In this document: positions 49,930 through 64,000 of the stretch, one piece after another
Position numbering within the stretch: the first letter of the stretch is position 1
Layout: each line of letters opens with the position of its first letter
Assembly: GCA_951406725.2 (NCBI GenBank)
Contig: OX597816.1
Coordinates: forward strand, 97,588,001 to 97,652,000
Source: Octopus vulgaris
Lineage: Eukaryota
Direction: 5' to 3'
DNA: 64,000 bases
Made by a program: the position numbers and the translations under genes
The notes under the pieces: generated by a model
The model's input: only the letters and a program-made list of their open reading frames with translations
Told to the model about the DNA's origin: nothing
Database searches by the model: none

Positions 49930-50172
49930 CATATATATATATGTATATGTGTATATGTTTGTGTGTCTGTTTTTGTCCCCCCAACATCGCTTGACAACCG
50001 ATGGTGGTGTGTTTATGTCCTCGTAACTAAGCGGTTCGGCAAAAGAGACCGATAGAATAAGTACTAGGCTTCCAAAGAATAAGTCCTGTGGTTGATTTGC
50101 TCGAATAAAGGCGGTGCTCCAGCATGGCTACTGTCAAATGACTGAAACAAGTAAAATAGTAAAAGAGTAAAA
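49930..50172 (+). mobile_element. Family A SINE, 3' half
   Basis: Microsatellite, then catcgcttgacaaccgatg..gcggttcggcaaaagagaccgatagaataagtactagg..aaatgactgaaacaagtaaaa and the tail. Confidence 0.9.
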
Positions 50173-50186
50173 GGGTGATTAATTAT

Positions 50187-50385
50187 TGGTTTCAAGTTTT
50201 GGCACAAGGCCTGCTATTTCCGGAGGAAGGATACGTTCTCCAGTGCTTAGCTGGTAATTATTTTATCGACCCCGAAAGGTTGAAAAGCAAAGTCGACCTC
50301 GGCGAGATTTGAACACAGAGAGTAAAAAAGACGAAATGCTGCTAAACATTTAGTCCGGCGTGCTGACGATTCTGACAGCGCTCTA
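50187..50385 (-). mobile_element. SINE family B
   Basis: ttattttatcgaccccgaaaggttgaaaagcaaagtcgacctcggcg matches family B. Confidence 0.85.
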
Positions 50386-51039
50386 GCTTAGCTTGTTTAA
50401 TTCATTAAGCAATCAAACAGCTTAATTGTTACCTACTTAGTAAATTAGTTATCTAAAACTATTGCATCGACATGGTAGAGAGTAAATAGTTCTGCTATTT
50501 GAATTTTTGAAATGCCGAAAGTTCGAATGGCTGTAGTGCAATGGAATAGTACGTAATTTATGTTACTTCAATCCGTTAACCGGATAAACACTTGATACGG
50601 AAATGGCTCCTCAAAGACTGATATATGCTTTAGGAACAAAAGGAAATGTAATACATCTTGAAGAATACATTTATATAACTTAGGAAACCATAAAATGAGA
50701 AACTGATTCGCCATATGGTCAGAAATGAAAGCGGGCGTGTGAAAGATTAATGGATATTAGGCTAAGGCCCCTCGAAATAGAATTTAGAAGTGAAATATTA
50801 GGGTTTCTTCACCATCAATTTCTAACACACTCTCTAACGGCTAAAATTACTTTTATTGTTAGTGGTAATATTAGTTTTATTGTTAGCAATTTCATTGTTA
50901 TTATTGTTATTGTTTTTATCCATTTACATTATTATTGCGGAACTTTTCAGTCGGATCGTTTACATGCAAATAAGTTAGAAACAGAGTGATACGGAATCAA
51001 TCGCAACTAACAGTAAGATTTTGACAGATTGATTCGTCA

Positions 51040-51077
<38 letters not shown>

Positions 51078-51593
51078 TATAAGAACTTACTGTCGACAAG
51101 GCTGCATGTCGTTCGATTATAAATATATAAAAAATACACATTAGGTACAGGATAAAATGTGTTTGTTGAATAAATGTTTGTACCTGTGTGTCTGCATGAA
51201 GTATGAAGTGTTTGTCCACTAACATTAGGGATATACTTCCTACACAAGTTTTGACTGTGAGTGAGAAATACTACGTTTCGGCGGCACTTCCTTTTCTGGG
51301 TGCTAGGGCCTGGAATGTAGGAGATGCAGTCCTTAAACCCGCTGGATGCGACTGCTTAGTTGTAGTAGAGTGCATTAGGGTTTAAGATATCTTGACTAAA
51401 GAATAGGTTCGAGATCCTCTGGCCGACATAGTTTCACTAGATTTTCTAACTCGATAGGGTGGTGGCAGGAGGTTGTGTTGATATACGACAGCTCCTCATT
51501 TAGCATGCGATATCAGCGACAGAGATAAAAACGGTAACTTCCCTGAAATTGCATGCCTTGTGCCAAAATTTGAAATCAATATTTATCAATGAT

Positions 51594-51760
51594 AAGGCGG
51601 CGAGTTGGCAGAATGACCAGAGCGTTGAACAGAATGTTTAGCGGTATTTCGTTCTGAGTCCAAGGTCCGCCGATGTCGAATTTGCTTTTCATCCTTTCGG
51701 GGTCGATGTGATCGACTAGCACCCTCCACCAAAATTACAGGCCTTGTGCCTATTAGAAAG
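51594..51760 (+). mobile_element. SINE family B
   Basis: aaggcggcgagttggcagaatg..ttttcatcctttcggggtcgatgtgatcgact..caggccttgtgcc. Confidence 0.85.
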
Positions 51761-52179
51761 GAATATTTACCAATGTTATAACCACACAGTGTGCAACGAA
51801 TAAAGTGAAAGTAATTCACTTTTTGTAGTGAGTGACTCTTTCACTCTGCATTCCCACTTCCTCTTTACACACATAGACACGCAAATATATAAATAAAATT
51901 GTAAGCTAACGTGTGTGTGTGCGTGTGTGTGAGTGTGTGTGTGTGTGTGTGAAGGTGCGTGTGTGTGTGTGTGTGCGTGAGTGTGTGACAGGAAAGTTTT
52001 TTAGGACGAATATAAGACCTAAAGTATATACAAGAAGCAGAAAGATGGCCCAAAAGTGTATATAGATATTTAAATGTATTTATATATTCATCTATACACA
52101 CATGTATGTATAATGTGCGTGTATATATTTCCATAGAGGTAACCATTCAATCCATACAAAGTTTTTTAGGACGAAAATA

Positions 52180-53156
<977 letters not shown>

Positions 53157-53477
53157 GCATATATTTACGTACAACTGCTTCTCAGTCTCTTTCTGTTTCT
53201 CTCTTTCTCTATCTGTGTGACTATTTAAGTACATGCACACGCTAGGTAAAACTTTTACGGCAAAAATAACAATGTAATTATTAGTATACCACCCTCTGAA
53301 AGACTAAGAAAATGTATTTTTGACATTTCAATCTTTTTGTCTTTTTACTTTCTTTTTAGAAAGTAAGATTTGTTGGAAGAAAGTGAAGTGGTCCAGATGG
53401 AAAGAAATGTGGCAGTAACGAAAAGTGTGTTGTTTCGTGTTAAATTATGTTTATTAAAGATCGACATATTTCTGTGA

Positions 53478-53535
<58 letters not shown>

Positions 53536-53922
53536 GTGCTTGTATCTGTGCATACAGAAACCCATTTATATGTTTGTAGTAAAATAACAGATTAATGAAA
53601 ACTAGATGAACTAATATGGCGAACAAGCGAAGGAATTTCATTATAGTTGCTTGAGCAATGAAATGTATCATCAAAATGTCACCAAAATCATATCCTTCTA
53701 ATAAAAAGTAGCAAGCATTAGATAAGTATTCATATCCAATAACCAAGATAAAGACTTAATTATTATTGGTAGAACATCTTTAATCATAAGCATATTGTGT
53801 CAGCGGAGGTTACAGACTAAGCAACAAGAACAAAAACAAATGTTGTACACGGATGCTTGGCTGGCTATGAAAACGGTTTGAATCAACTGTGCGGTACGTT
53901 TAGAAAATATCTTCTACAAATA

Positions 53923-53980
<58 letters not shown>

Positions 53981-54743
53981 TAACTCCAAATTAAATGACA
54001 ACTGTTGACGACTGTTCAAGTTCCAAGAATCGCTTGAAAGTATGTGACGAAGGCGGCCAGGTGTCAAATTGGCAAATATAATCTCTAACAGAAACGCACA
54101 AAGTTTTACGTTATCCTACACGACGAATTTTCTGAGATCTTTCATATTATGATGCGTCTACATGCATGTGTATATACAAAATTAAATAGGGGTATACTAA
54201 ATAATATATAATGAATAATTATAATAGATTGAATTTATCTCCGCTTTCGCAGAGGGTAGGCAATGGAAATTTAAATTTAACTTTCACTATTCCCACTTAA
54301 TGCTATTTAGGACATGGTTTGTATAGATAGACATGTAAAGTAGAGTTTCATAACTAAAAATAAATGCCTTTCCATTAAAAACATATCGAGATTTTCAAAG
54401 GTCCATCGTAGAAAACTGGAACGACACAGAACATTCTCATTGAAACAAATATTTAACTAGGCTGACTCATATCATGAAAATGCCCAATTTCAACCAACAG
54501 TCAAAATGACAAATCTGCATGCGAAGGAAAAAATTAAATACGGTATTCAAGGAAAAATTTGTCTGAAAGTGGCAAAATAAGAAATCTTATTCGGTATGCA
54601 ATATACATGTCCAAACGGGACAAGCAACATAATGAAGCTTTTTGTATTGAAATCTTTATGAGATTGCCATCTATCCACTAGAAATATTTTATAGACATGA
54701 AACTGTGCAATGAATCATATGTGTGCATTCATTTATGTATGTT

Positions 54744-54775
<32 letters not shown>

Positions 54776-54781
54776 TGTATG

Positions 54782-54853
<72 letters not shown>

Positions 54854-54953
54854 AATATATATATATAAGTATATATATATATATATACTTACATATGTAT
54901 ATATTATATACACTCACACACATACACACAGACACTGGTCCAGATATATATCG

Positions 54954-55125
54954 ATTTCAATTTTTTTCACAAGGCCAGTAATTTTAGAGGAGCGAGTATG
55001 TCGATTACATTAAACCCAGTGTTCAACTAGTACTTATTTCATCAAGCTCGAGAAGATGAAAGTAAAGTCAACCTCGGTGGAATTTGAACACACACAGCGC
55101 ATGCTTCAATTTTGCCAGCTTACCG
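54954..55125 (-). mobile_element. SINE family B (degenerate)
   Basis: gtcgattacattaaacccagtgttcaactagtacttattt..gatgaaagtaaagtcaacctcggtggaatttgaac. Confidence 0.75.
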
Positions 55126-56644
55126 ACTTACGTTTACATCTATGTTAAATACACAACCATACCTATACACGTATATGTACAGTGGTGTACATATCTGAGC
55201 ACGGACATGACTGAAAATGTTGTGAATACGTGTGTGATGTGAAAACTTACACCATGAGAACCAGGGTCTGACTATAGATTATATTTTGGCTGTTTTACAC
55301 AGCTGCTCTAAAATAAAAGATGTCTCCTAGATTTGAAGGAATGACACATACAATATTTGCTTCGACACATGTCGAACGAAGCTCATTCTTTTGCAGTTAA
55401 TGCATAAAAAAAACTAAACTAATATTTAAATATAAGATAAATTTATAAATCCTGCAGAAGAAATATCTTCTGATTGACCACCGTAGAAATATCTGTTTAA
55501 TTTAATGCATTCAGCATTAACAATACATCTCCTACATTAGCACTCTGAAAGTTTAGCAAATATAAAACACTGCTTCACGCTCAATATATCATTAAAACTC
55601 ATTCAAAACATGTTATAATGGTCAGAAGATGATATTGAAAGTGAGAATGGCTGCGTACTCATTCGGTAAAAATGTTGGAAATGAAAACAAGAAAAACACA
55701 TGCATAAATCACAAGAATATAAAATGCTAATATTCAAAATGTAACAAAAGCTGTGTAAAATTATAATGAGAGACAAGCAGAAATACATAAATGTAAAATA
55801 ATTGAAGAGAATTATGAGATAGGAATAATAGAATGGGAATGTCAGACGATTTCATAGTCTGAAAAAGCAAAATAAAAATAAAAAGTAATATGGAGAACTC
55901 GTTGAGATTAAATTAAGTAAAAACATAATATCTGAAACGATAGGATAATAATATGAATGGTATTAGAAGGCTAAATCTGATTTTTATATTTATTACATGC
56001 TAATAATAGCATTTAGCATGGACTTTTAAACACGGGCTCTAGGAAAACTGCGCAAATAAATCACAATCACACAAGAGCACTCAGGCGCGCATTAACAGAC
56101 ATAATTGTATATACTTGTCAGGAATTGTCCACACATACACACAGATGCAGGAAGAACAAGACCTAATACATGTGTATATATATGTCATTTTAATGGGTGA
56201 TAAAGGAATTCGTGATTTCGCATCATGTCCGTGGAAGTTAAGTGTATCCTTCGGAAAGCGAATTTGCCCAAGCAAATTATACCTAAAAAATGTTACCAGA
56301 ACTGAATTAATTAATACAATCATGAGTTCCCATCTCACAAAGAAACAAATAAGCTTATGTTTTAAATAGTAGGCACAAAGATATTTCATTGTTTTATAAA
56401 ATGTACTAATGTAAAGAGGTAGAATCAAATACTTGACCAAAAGTATTTATTTGGGAATAAAACATTAAATGGTACTATTAAATAGTTTGAATGTAGTGGA
56501 AATACTATTGAAGAACAAAGCAACAAAGTAAAGTAACAAACAGAAATCAATGCTACTCAAAGACACGAACATGTTAACATAAACGTTGCATTAAGTGTAT
56601 AAGGAATTACATTTAAAATGCATAATGTTTAGCATATATATATG

Positions 56645-56694
<50 letters not shown>

Positions 56695-57714
56695 GTCCAA
56701 GCATATTCTTCTGTATATGTTTATACATACATACATACAAACACACACACACATGTATGTGTGTATATTTATATCTATCTTTCTATCTATCATCCAGTCG
56801 TTTACTTATTGCATAATATTGGAAATAGGCGACTCAAAATTGCCAACAACTTAAAAAATCCCGGCAAGCGATGATTGATTTCAAGCTTAAACAATTGCCT
56901 AACATCTATATTTTCTCTAACAAGACCAAATAATCTTCCAATGCTTATAACATCTTTAATATTAACGAATCTAAATCAGTATGTTAGAACGGCTGACAAA
57001 AGAAGATTAGACAAAAGAATATTGTGAACATGTTAGGAGATTAAGTAAAGGGATCACCTTAAATAACTCTAAATAGATTTTACAATGTGTAACATTGGTA
57101 ATCCTCCTCTCACCTCCTATAGTTGATTCATCCATTAATGCGACGCCATTTTGAAATTGATTTCTATATCTCGAAAAGAAATTATTCCAAATTGTGCCCC
57201 ATAGGGTGCATATTTGGTCAACTTAGACGCAAGATACAAGAACATAATTAACAAAACCAGATTTTAAAGAAGGATAGCAAAGCATATCTTCACGGATCTT
57301 TTGCAGTTCGTCCGCTATTGGCGATAAACTACAATAGCAACAGCAACAACAACAACAATACAAATAACAGCAACAATAACAATAACAACAATAATAACAG
57401 CAACAATAACAACAATAATGATAACGATAATGTTCTTCATTCTAAATATATACTATTCATATTTCATACAGTGGTAGCATTTAATGGAAATAAATATAAT
57501 TTGATCGACTTTCAATTTAGTAACGCTCGAAAAAAACGTCCGTTGAAAAATATAATCTATATTGTCCAATAATTTACCCAGCTTGTCACTCATGTTCAAA
57601 TCCTATGTTTGCATGTGTTTTTCTTCTTTTTTTTGTATTTCATGTTATTATAATTGCATATAATCTAAGCAAAACGCCAGCAGTATAAGTGGAGTAGGTA
57701 AGTTTCTTATATGG

Positions 57715-57860
57715 GTTGCAGTATTTCGATGATATTTTATTTTTCTTTCGACCCTGAAGCGATAAAAAACACCGGACTGATGTGGCAGCTTTTGAAATCA
57801 AATCACAAAGAGCCGGAACAAATGCCAGCAAGCACTATTCCAGTGTATCTACTGTTCACT
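57715..57860 (-). mobile_element. SINE family B (very degenerate)
   Basis: ttcgaccctgaagcgataaaa..ggcagcttttgaaatcaa..aaatgccagcaagca occur in family B order. Confidence 0.45.
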
Positions 57861-58220
57861 GCCTAAATTCATGTCACTATATAAAAATACACAATGTTAA
57901 TATTTCCAACATTCTAGCAGAAACATATTGTAAATTGTTGTTGACATCACAAGAATTTATAAACATTCGAAAGAAGGGGAAATAATTTTATGAGAGTAAC
58001 ATTTGATGCCTTGTGCATTACTTCATTTAGATGAATATTATTTATAGCCAAAAGAGTTTCGCTAACCATATTAAAAAACAAAAATAAGAAATATTGTCAA
58101 CTTCATTGTGTAACACTTCAGTAAAGAAACAGAAGTAACTTCAGCAAATTAATGCCTGTGATGAGCTGACATAACAATATGTGTGTGTGTGTGTTTGTAT
58201 TTATGTATGCATGTGTAACT

Positions 58221-58452
58221 GAAGGTGTGTAACTTAGTGGTTAGATGTATTCGGCTCACGATCATAGGGTCGTGAGTTCGATTCCCGGTGGCGCATTGTT
58301 GAGCATGACACTTATGTCACGTTGTTGGCAAAATGAGTAGCACATGTATTTCAAAAGGCCAGCCTTTCCACATTCGGCGTGCTTGTGGAGTACTCGGTGG
58401 CTTGCCCGTTAATTTCTCGAGCAGGCTGTTGCCTTGATCCGATCAACTGGAA
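58221..58452 (+). mobile_element. tRNA-derived SINE, family C
   Basis: A box aacttagtggtta and B box gagttcgattcc, followed by a non-tRNA body (ttgagcatgacactt..ggcaaaatgagta). Confidence 0.7.
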
Positions 58453-58883
58453 TGGCAGTTTGTATATGTAAATCTTTAAGCACATATGTATGCATGTGAT
58501 TTTTCAAGTAGCATGACAACTTTCAGCGATATTCAATCAATAAGAATGAAACCCTTCTGTGTACTATAGAACTCATAAAGTATGAATTTATGCTTTACCA
58601 AACATGGATGAGAATTTAATGCCAAATACTCTAAAGCCACTGGTTGACAGTGATAAAAATATTTTAAAACTATCTTTAATGCGTCCACTAGAAAGGAGTG
58701 AACTCATATCACATGCACTGAAATATAATTAACTTGGATGCCAATGAGTTGTTAGGGTTCATGACATCGGTGATTGTAACTTACTTTCAAGTTAGCAGGT
58801 GAGGTGTTCTATCTGATTTTCTTGTGCAGTTTTACATTTGACATCTGGAACCAGTTAAAATCTCGTTAATTCTATGTGGTTTC

Positions 58884-58932
<49 letters not shown>

Positions 58933-60744
58933 TTGTGTGTGTGTGTGTGTGTGTACATATACATACATACATACATACATATATATATATATACATACAT
59001 ATATATATATATATATATACACACATACATATATACATACTTACATGCATACTCGCATCCATCCGTCCATCTATCCATCCATACATACGCACACATATAT
59101 ACATACATGCAGACATAGTTGCATACATCCATCCATACACATGCACAAGTATGTAAACATGCATGCATGCATACAGGCACATACACATATATCTATAAAT
59201 ACAATCAATATAGTATATGTTAACATTTATGTTTATATGCGAAGTTTTCCCAGACTATCTATAACGCCGAAGCCGTACAACGGCGGATTCTCATCAATCA
59301 TACCAGCCAAGAAAAAATTCCTTTTACAATTCCTGTATTACGAACTAAACATTAAATAAAAAAAAATGTTCCAAATGTAATCTGAAAATGTACAATGTTT
59401 AATTATCTTTAACCGACATATGGTCAACATGTGGAGAACAAGAGAAGAAACTATTTAAAAACAAGTATTACTATTTAAGATTCAATCAGAAACGATACAA
59501 AGACAACTGTTAGTGAAAAGATAACATGAAATTAACAATTTTAATTCAATGCATATATGCAGAAATTCTACCATTTGTGGAACCATAAATTATAGAACAC
59601 TGCGAAAAAGAAGCATATATGCAATATAAGGAAATGTATATACCAATAGCTATGATGACAAAGTTTCCACACACAGAGACGCATACACACAAAGACACTC
59701 ACACCCACACAATCTTCCACTCACACACACATATATATTCGGTTATGTATAGAATATATTACTACGAAATCATGGATTGAATAAGCTTTTATTACACATA
59801 GCTACAATTGTTTCAACGCATCATTATCTACTGTTCAGTACTGAATGTTAAATATATTGTACTCAACATTATATTAATTTTACTCAGTAATTTCAATATA
59901 TGCCTCACTTCCAGTAATGCATATGATACATATGAATCACTAGTGTAAATGAGAAGGAATGTCTCCTATATGTAACCTGTTCTAGTTGTAACAGTGTTTG
60001 TAGTTAGCATTTTTAGAAGGCAGTCCATAGAAAGAATCCATTTTCAGTGACTTCTTAAAGAGGTGTGAATAAAGAATATTCAGAAGGCAAGTTTATAGAA
60101 CAAGAATATTGAAATTTATACAAAAGTGTAATGAGTGCAAGCAAGTGGTAACAAAGATTAATCTTGCATATCAATGGGAACCAAATATATGTGTATGCAA
60201 CACAGGAAAACTCGCTTGACTATGTGCACTGAGGTTTATATGAAGCAGAGTGGAAGCTGATATTGATCAAATGAGTTATATGTAGTTGGTGGTGGACACA
60301 GAAAATGTGATATTTTGAAGGAAGCGATGTTGTTTCTATGCCATAAAATCCGCAACAAATTTGAAACTGCCGCTTCACTGATGTAGTGATTTCCTTAAGC
60401 TCAGGCAGATCACTGACGTATTATTCACACGCCTCCAGATCTGATTGACTTGAATCTTCCACACCACAATTAAACTATTCCACAAGATACATCTTTCCTG
60501 TCGCGCTACATTGCAGACTGAAAGTCGATACAAACAGGGAAAAAGGAGAAAAATGGAAAGCAAAATATTCCAAACGATGGCAAAAGGAAAATAGATTTCG
60601 TACATGGGAAGTCAACAAATGTTCAAACACTGGACAAAGAAAACAACAGGAATACATTAAACAAAAGAAGCATGCAAACAGAAGACAGTTAAAGGCTCAT
60701 AGGGCCAGTTCATAAACAAATAGTTTGACAAAATCTCTCGTGTC

Positions 60745-62890
60745 AGTGCACACCACGACTGCTGCGAGATGTAAAGTATCTTGGTGAAGATAGGGAAGAT
60801 GTTTGTAGAGTTGTGTGTGTAGGGGATGCATGTATATGTGGGGTGCTGTGTGGGGCGTGTATGTGTAGGTCCTCTTGATTCTATCGTTATAGACAGTGTC
60901 TCCAGAACAATTGAAATCTATAATAACATGTTTATCGGAGCGTGCAAGCACGTGATAATGTCAAGAGTAAGGTGTAGTGAGAGGACTTCTCATTGCGTCA
61001 TTTCTGAACAACATATGGGCCCACGTGGCAATATGCTATAAGACCGAAGTTTTAACTGCTTGGTGCTGAAAGTACGAACGCAGGCAGTTCACATAGACTC
61101 CAGGATCCTTTGTAGAAAGATCGACTGGGGCGAGCATCTGAGCCGGCAAAGGCAATGGAGTACCATACAGCAACTTGGTTGGGGCATATCTGCGATCCCC
61201 TTGGGCGCAGTCCGAATGCCGAGGAGTACTATGGAAAGGTACTCTCTCCAGCGTTGAGTATCAGGGCAGGCATGAAACGCAGCTTTCAACTGGTGATGGA
61301 AGCGCTCCACCATTCCAGTAGATACAGGATGATAACTGGTAGTACGGATCCGTTGCGCACTGATGATGTTAGTAAGTTCCGTAAAAAGGTGAGATTGAAA
61401 ATGCCTACCACAGTGTCTCGTAATAGTGGTAAGGACACCGTAACGGGATGTCTATTCTGATACCCGTGCTCGTGCTACAGATTCACCAAAGATATTAATT
61501 AAAGGAATGGCTTCAGACCAGCGAGTATATCGGTCAATGCAGGTCAGGAGGTGCGTAAACCCTTGGGTGGCAGGCATGGCTCCAACCACGTCGACAGGGC
61601 TATTGCGGAAACGTGCATTGGGTGTGCTGAAGGTGCCGATTGGTGCACGGATGTGCTTCTGCATCTTCTACTTCTGGCATTGGAGGCAAGATCGGCTCCA
61701 TTCATTAATATCGCGTCGCATATTTGGCCAGAAGAATGTAGTCGTATTGAGCTTTAATGGGGCCGAGACTCCAGGGTGCGAAAGACTGTGCAAAATTGGA
61801 ATATAGCATGTCGATGGGTCCTAGGACGAAGGCATGAGGCGCATCCGTTGACACGTCACACAATATCTGCATGTCAGCCATTGACAGAGGCAGGTACTCG
61901 AATTTGCATATCACAAACTCAGAAGAAGATGTATCAAGTGAGTCTAGAGAAGATTAGTCTGAGGACAAATCAGTCAAATCAATCTCCGAAGCAGATGAGA
62001 AATATTTCGCCAGTAGGTAGGGCAATGCGCCTCCTGCAGTGTTCTGAGACCTGAAGATGAGCTAGAAATTACTGGTTAATTGCGATACGAAGTCCAGGTG
62101 TCTAGTCTCCTTCGACGAATACTTCTGAGACTTCGACCGCAAGGCAGAGGTAAGGGGCTTATGGTCGGTATAGAAGGTAAAGTTCCTCCTTGCGAGGATG
62201 TGGTGGAATTGCTTCACGGGCAGGTAGACTGCCAACAATTCGCAACCAAACTGCTGTAGCGCGTTTCAGCAGGCTTCAGCTGCCGAGAGAAAATTGCAAG
62301 AGGTTGCAGGTGTTGTTGGTGATGCTCCTACAGTACGGCACCAATGTCTGTGTCTGATGTATCAACTACAAACAAAAGCTTTGCATCGGAAACAGGGTGT
62401 CCGATTAGAGATGCTTTAGCAAGTTCACGTTTCACCCCATGAAAAGCCTCCATCTGGGCCGGAGTCAACGCAATTGCTTCATTCTTCTTACGACGATCAT
62501 TTAAGATTTCGGTAAGTGGAGAAGGAGTTCAGAACAATGAGGGATGAATCGGCAATAAAATTTCAGTAAGCCAAGGAAATAGTGCAACTCGCGAAGGGAA
62601 GTAAGGGGATAAATGTCCACAATAGCTGGCACTTTCTCCGGCCACGAGATACAAGAGAGAATGTACCAAAAACAAATTTAGCTGGGTTACCCGTACTTGA
62701 CATTGGTTAAGGCGCTTGAAGAGCAGTTTTAAATTATGAACATACTCTTCCGTTGAAGAACTAGCAATCAAGAGATCATCGATATATGCATAGACTAAAT
62801 CCTGTCCACGAATGACTTCGTCAATGAACAACTGGAAAATGATGGTAGCATTTCGGAGGCCAATTGGCATAGTCGAGAATCGAAGGAGCC
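60745..62890 (-). mobile_element. Gypsy LTR retrotransposon pol remnant (RT-RNaseH-integrase), degenerate
   Basis: MPIGLRNAT..AYIDDLLIAS (RT); VDTSD and TDHKPL (RNase H); HLLTCIDRYTRWSEAIPL, GMVERFHHQLK and VLLGIRTAPK (integrase). The domain order is Gypsy-type. No LTRs identified. Confidence 0.92.
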
Positions 62891-63281
62891 AAATAGGGTT
62901 GTTACGGCAGTTTACAGAATATCCTCGGGGGGGGGGGGGGGGCAAGAATCTGATTAGAAGCTCTCACGAGATCAAGTTTGAAAAAAACAGTAAATCCAAG
63001 CAGTGATCTTAGAGATGAGAAATTGGATACCTATCAGGAATAGTGATAGCATTGAGACGTCTAAACTTTCAATGATGCAGTAACTTTCAATGATGGCACT
63101 GGTCTCTATAGAAACATACAGAATGAGAATATGGTACTGCTAATAGAGAAGGAAAACACAATTTTGACGTGTCAACATTAAGATACTTGGAAATACATTA
63201 TGTTTCTTAATCGAAATACTGCTAGCAATTCTCTACGTATTACTATATATTTATTTGTGTGTGTATGTGTGTGAGGGCTCG

Positions 63282-63312
<31 letters not shown>

Positions 63313-63663
63313 TAGTAAGAAAATTGAGTGATATAATGGATATAAATTAATTTGTAATTAATTAACATGGCTTTCAATCGTTTCAATAGAAATTACACAA
63401 TATATATAATAAAATAATTTCCAATTTCTTAAGATTTTGAGCGAAATATCTTCAGGGCGAAAAGGACATTACGGCATTTACATGTAAATCAGTTATGGCA
63501 CTCCAACAGATTGACTATAATGACTATATATAAAGGTGCATAAATATATATAAATGTGTGTGTATATATATATGTATATATATATATATATATATGTGTA
63601 TTATATATATATATATATATATATATAAATACATATATATATATACATATATATATATATGTA

Positions 63664-63714
<51 letters not shown>

Positions 63715-63716
63715 GT

Positions 63717-63760
<44 letters not shown>

Positions 63761-63794
63761 TATATATATATGTATATATGTATATATGTATATA

Positions 63795-63973
<179 letters not shown>

Positions 63974-64000
63974 GCATATATATATATATATATATATATA

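Noticed and set aside
59960-60745. Possible 3' LTR of the Gypsy remnant
   Set aside because: No clear polypurine tract, no TG..CA boundaries and no second LTR copy in the window.

Overview
This is AT-rich eukaryotic DNA, most likely from an animal. The dense (TA)n/(CA)n/(TATG)n microsatellites and tRNA-derived SINE families point to a cephalopod such as Octopus (inference). The window is intergenic or intronic and consists almost entirely of transposable-element debris. It contains two Helitrons, several R4/Dong-like RLE LINEs, RTE LINEs and RTE-derived non-autonomous elements, and a Tx1/L1 element that appears intact at its 5' end. It also contains Penelope-like fragments with hammerhead ribozyme motifs, Tc1/mariner and pogo remnants, a Merlin-like MITE, a Gypsy pol remnant and three SINE families. 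No intact host gene can be supported, apart from one weak candidate exon near 6.2-6.5 kb. Most ORFs in the track are microsatellite or antisense artefacts, and there are no CRISPR arrays, rRNA genes or true tRNA genes. I cannot claim a proven new system. The best leads are: (1) the same -1 frame break at an A_AAA_AAU heptamer inside the endonuclease of two Dong copies; (2) a Tx1 element inserted into a tRNA-SINE head right after GCTAACC; (3) twin-priming-type 5' inversions in two non-L1 LINEs; (4) a cluster of minimal hammerhead motifs at 31.4-32.1 kb; (5) structured RNA modules at the 5' side of Dong and RTE-type elements. All family assignments come from motifs recognised by eye, and boundaries of degenerate elements are approximate.
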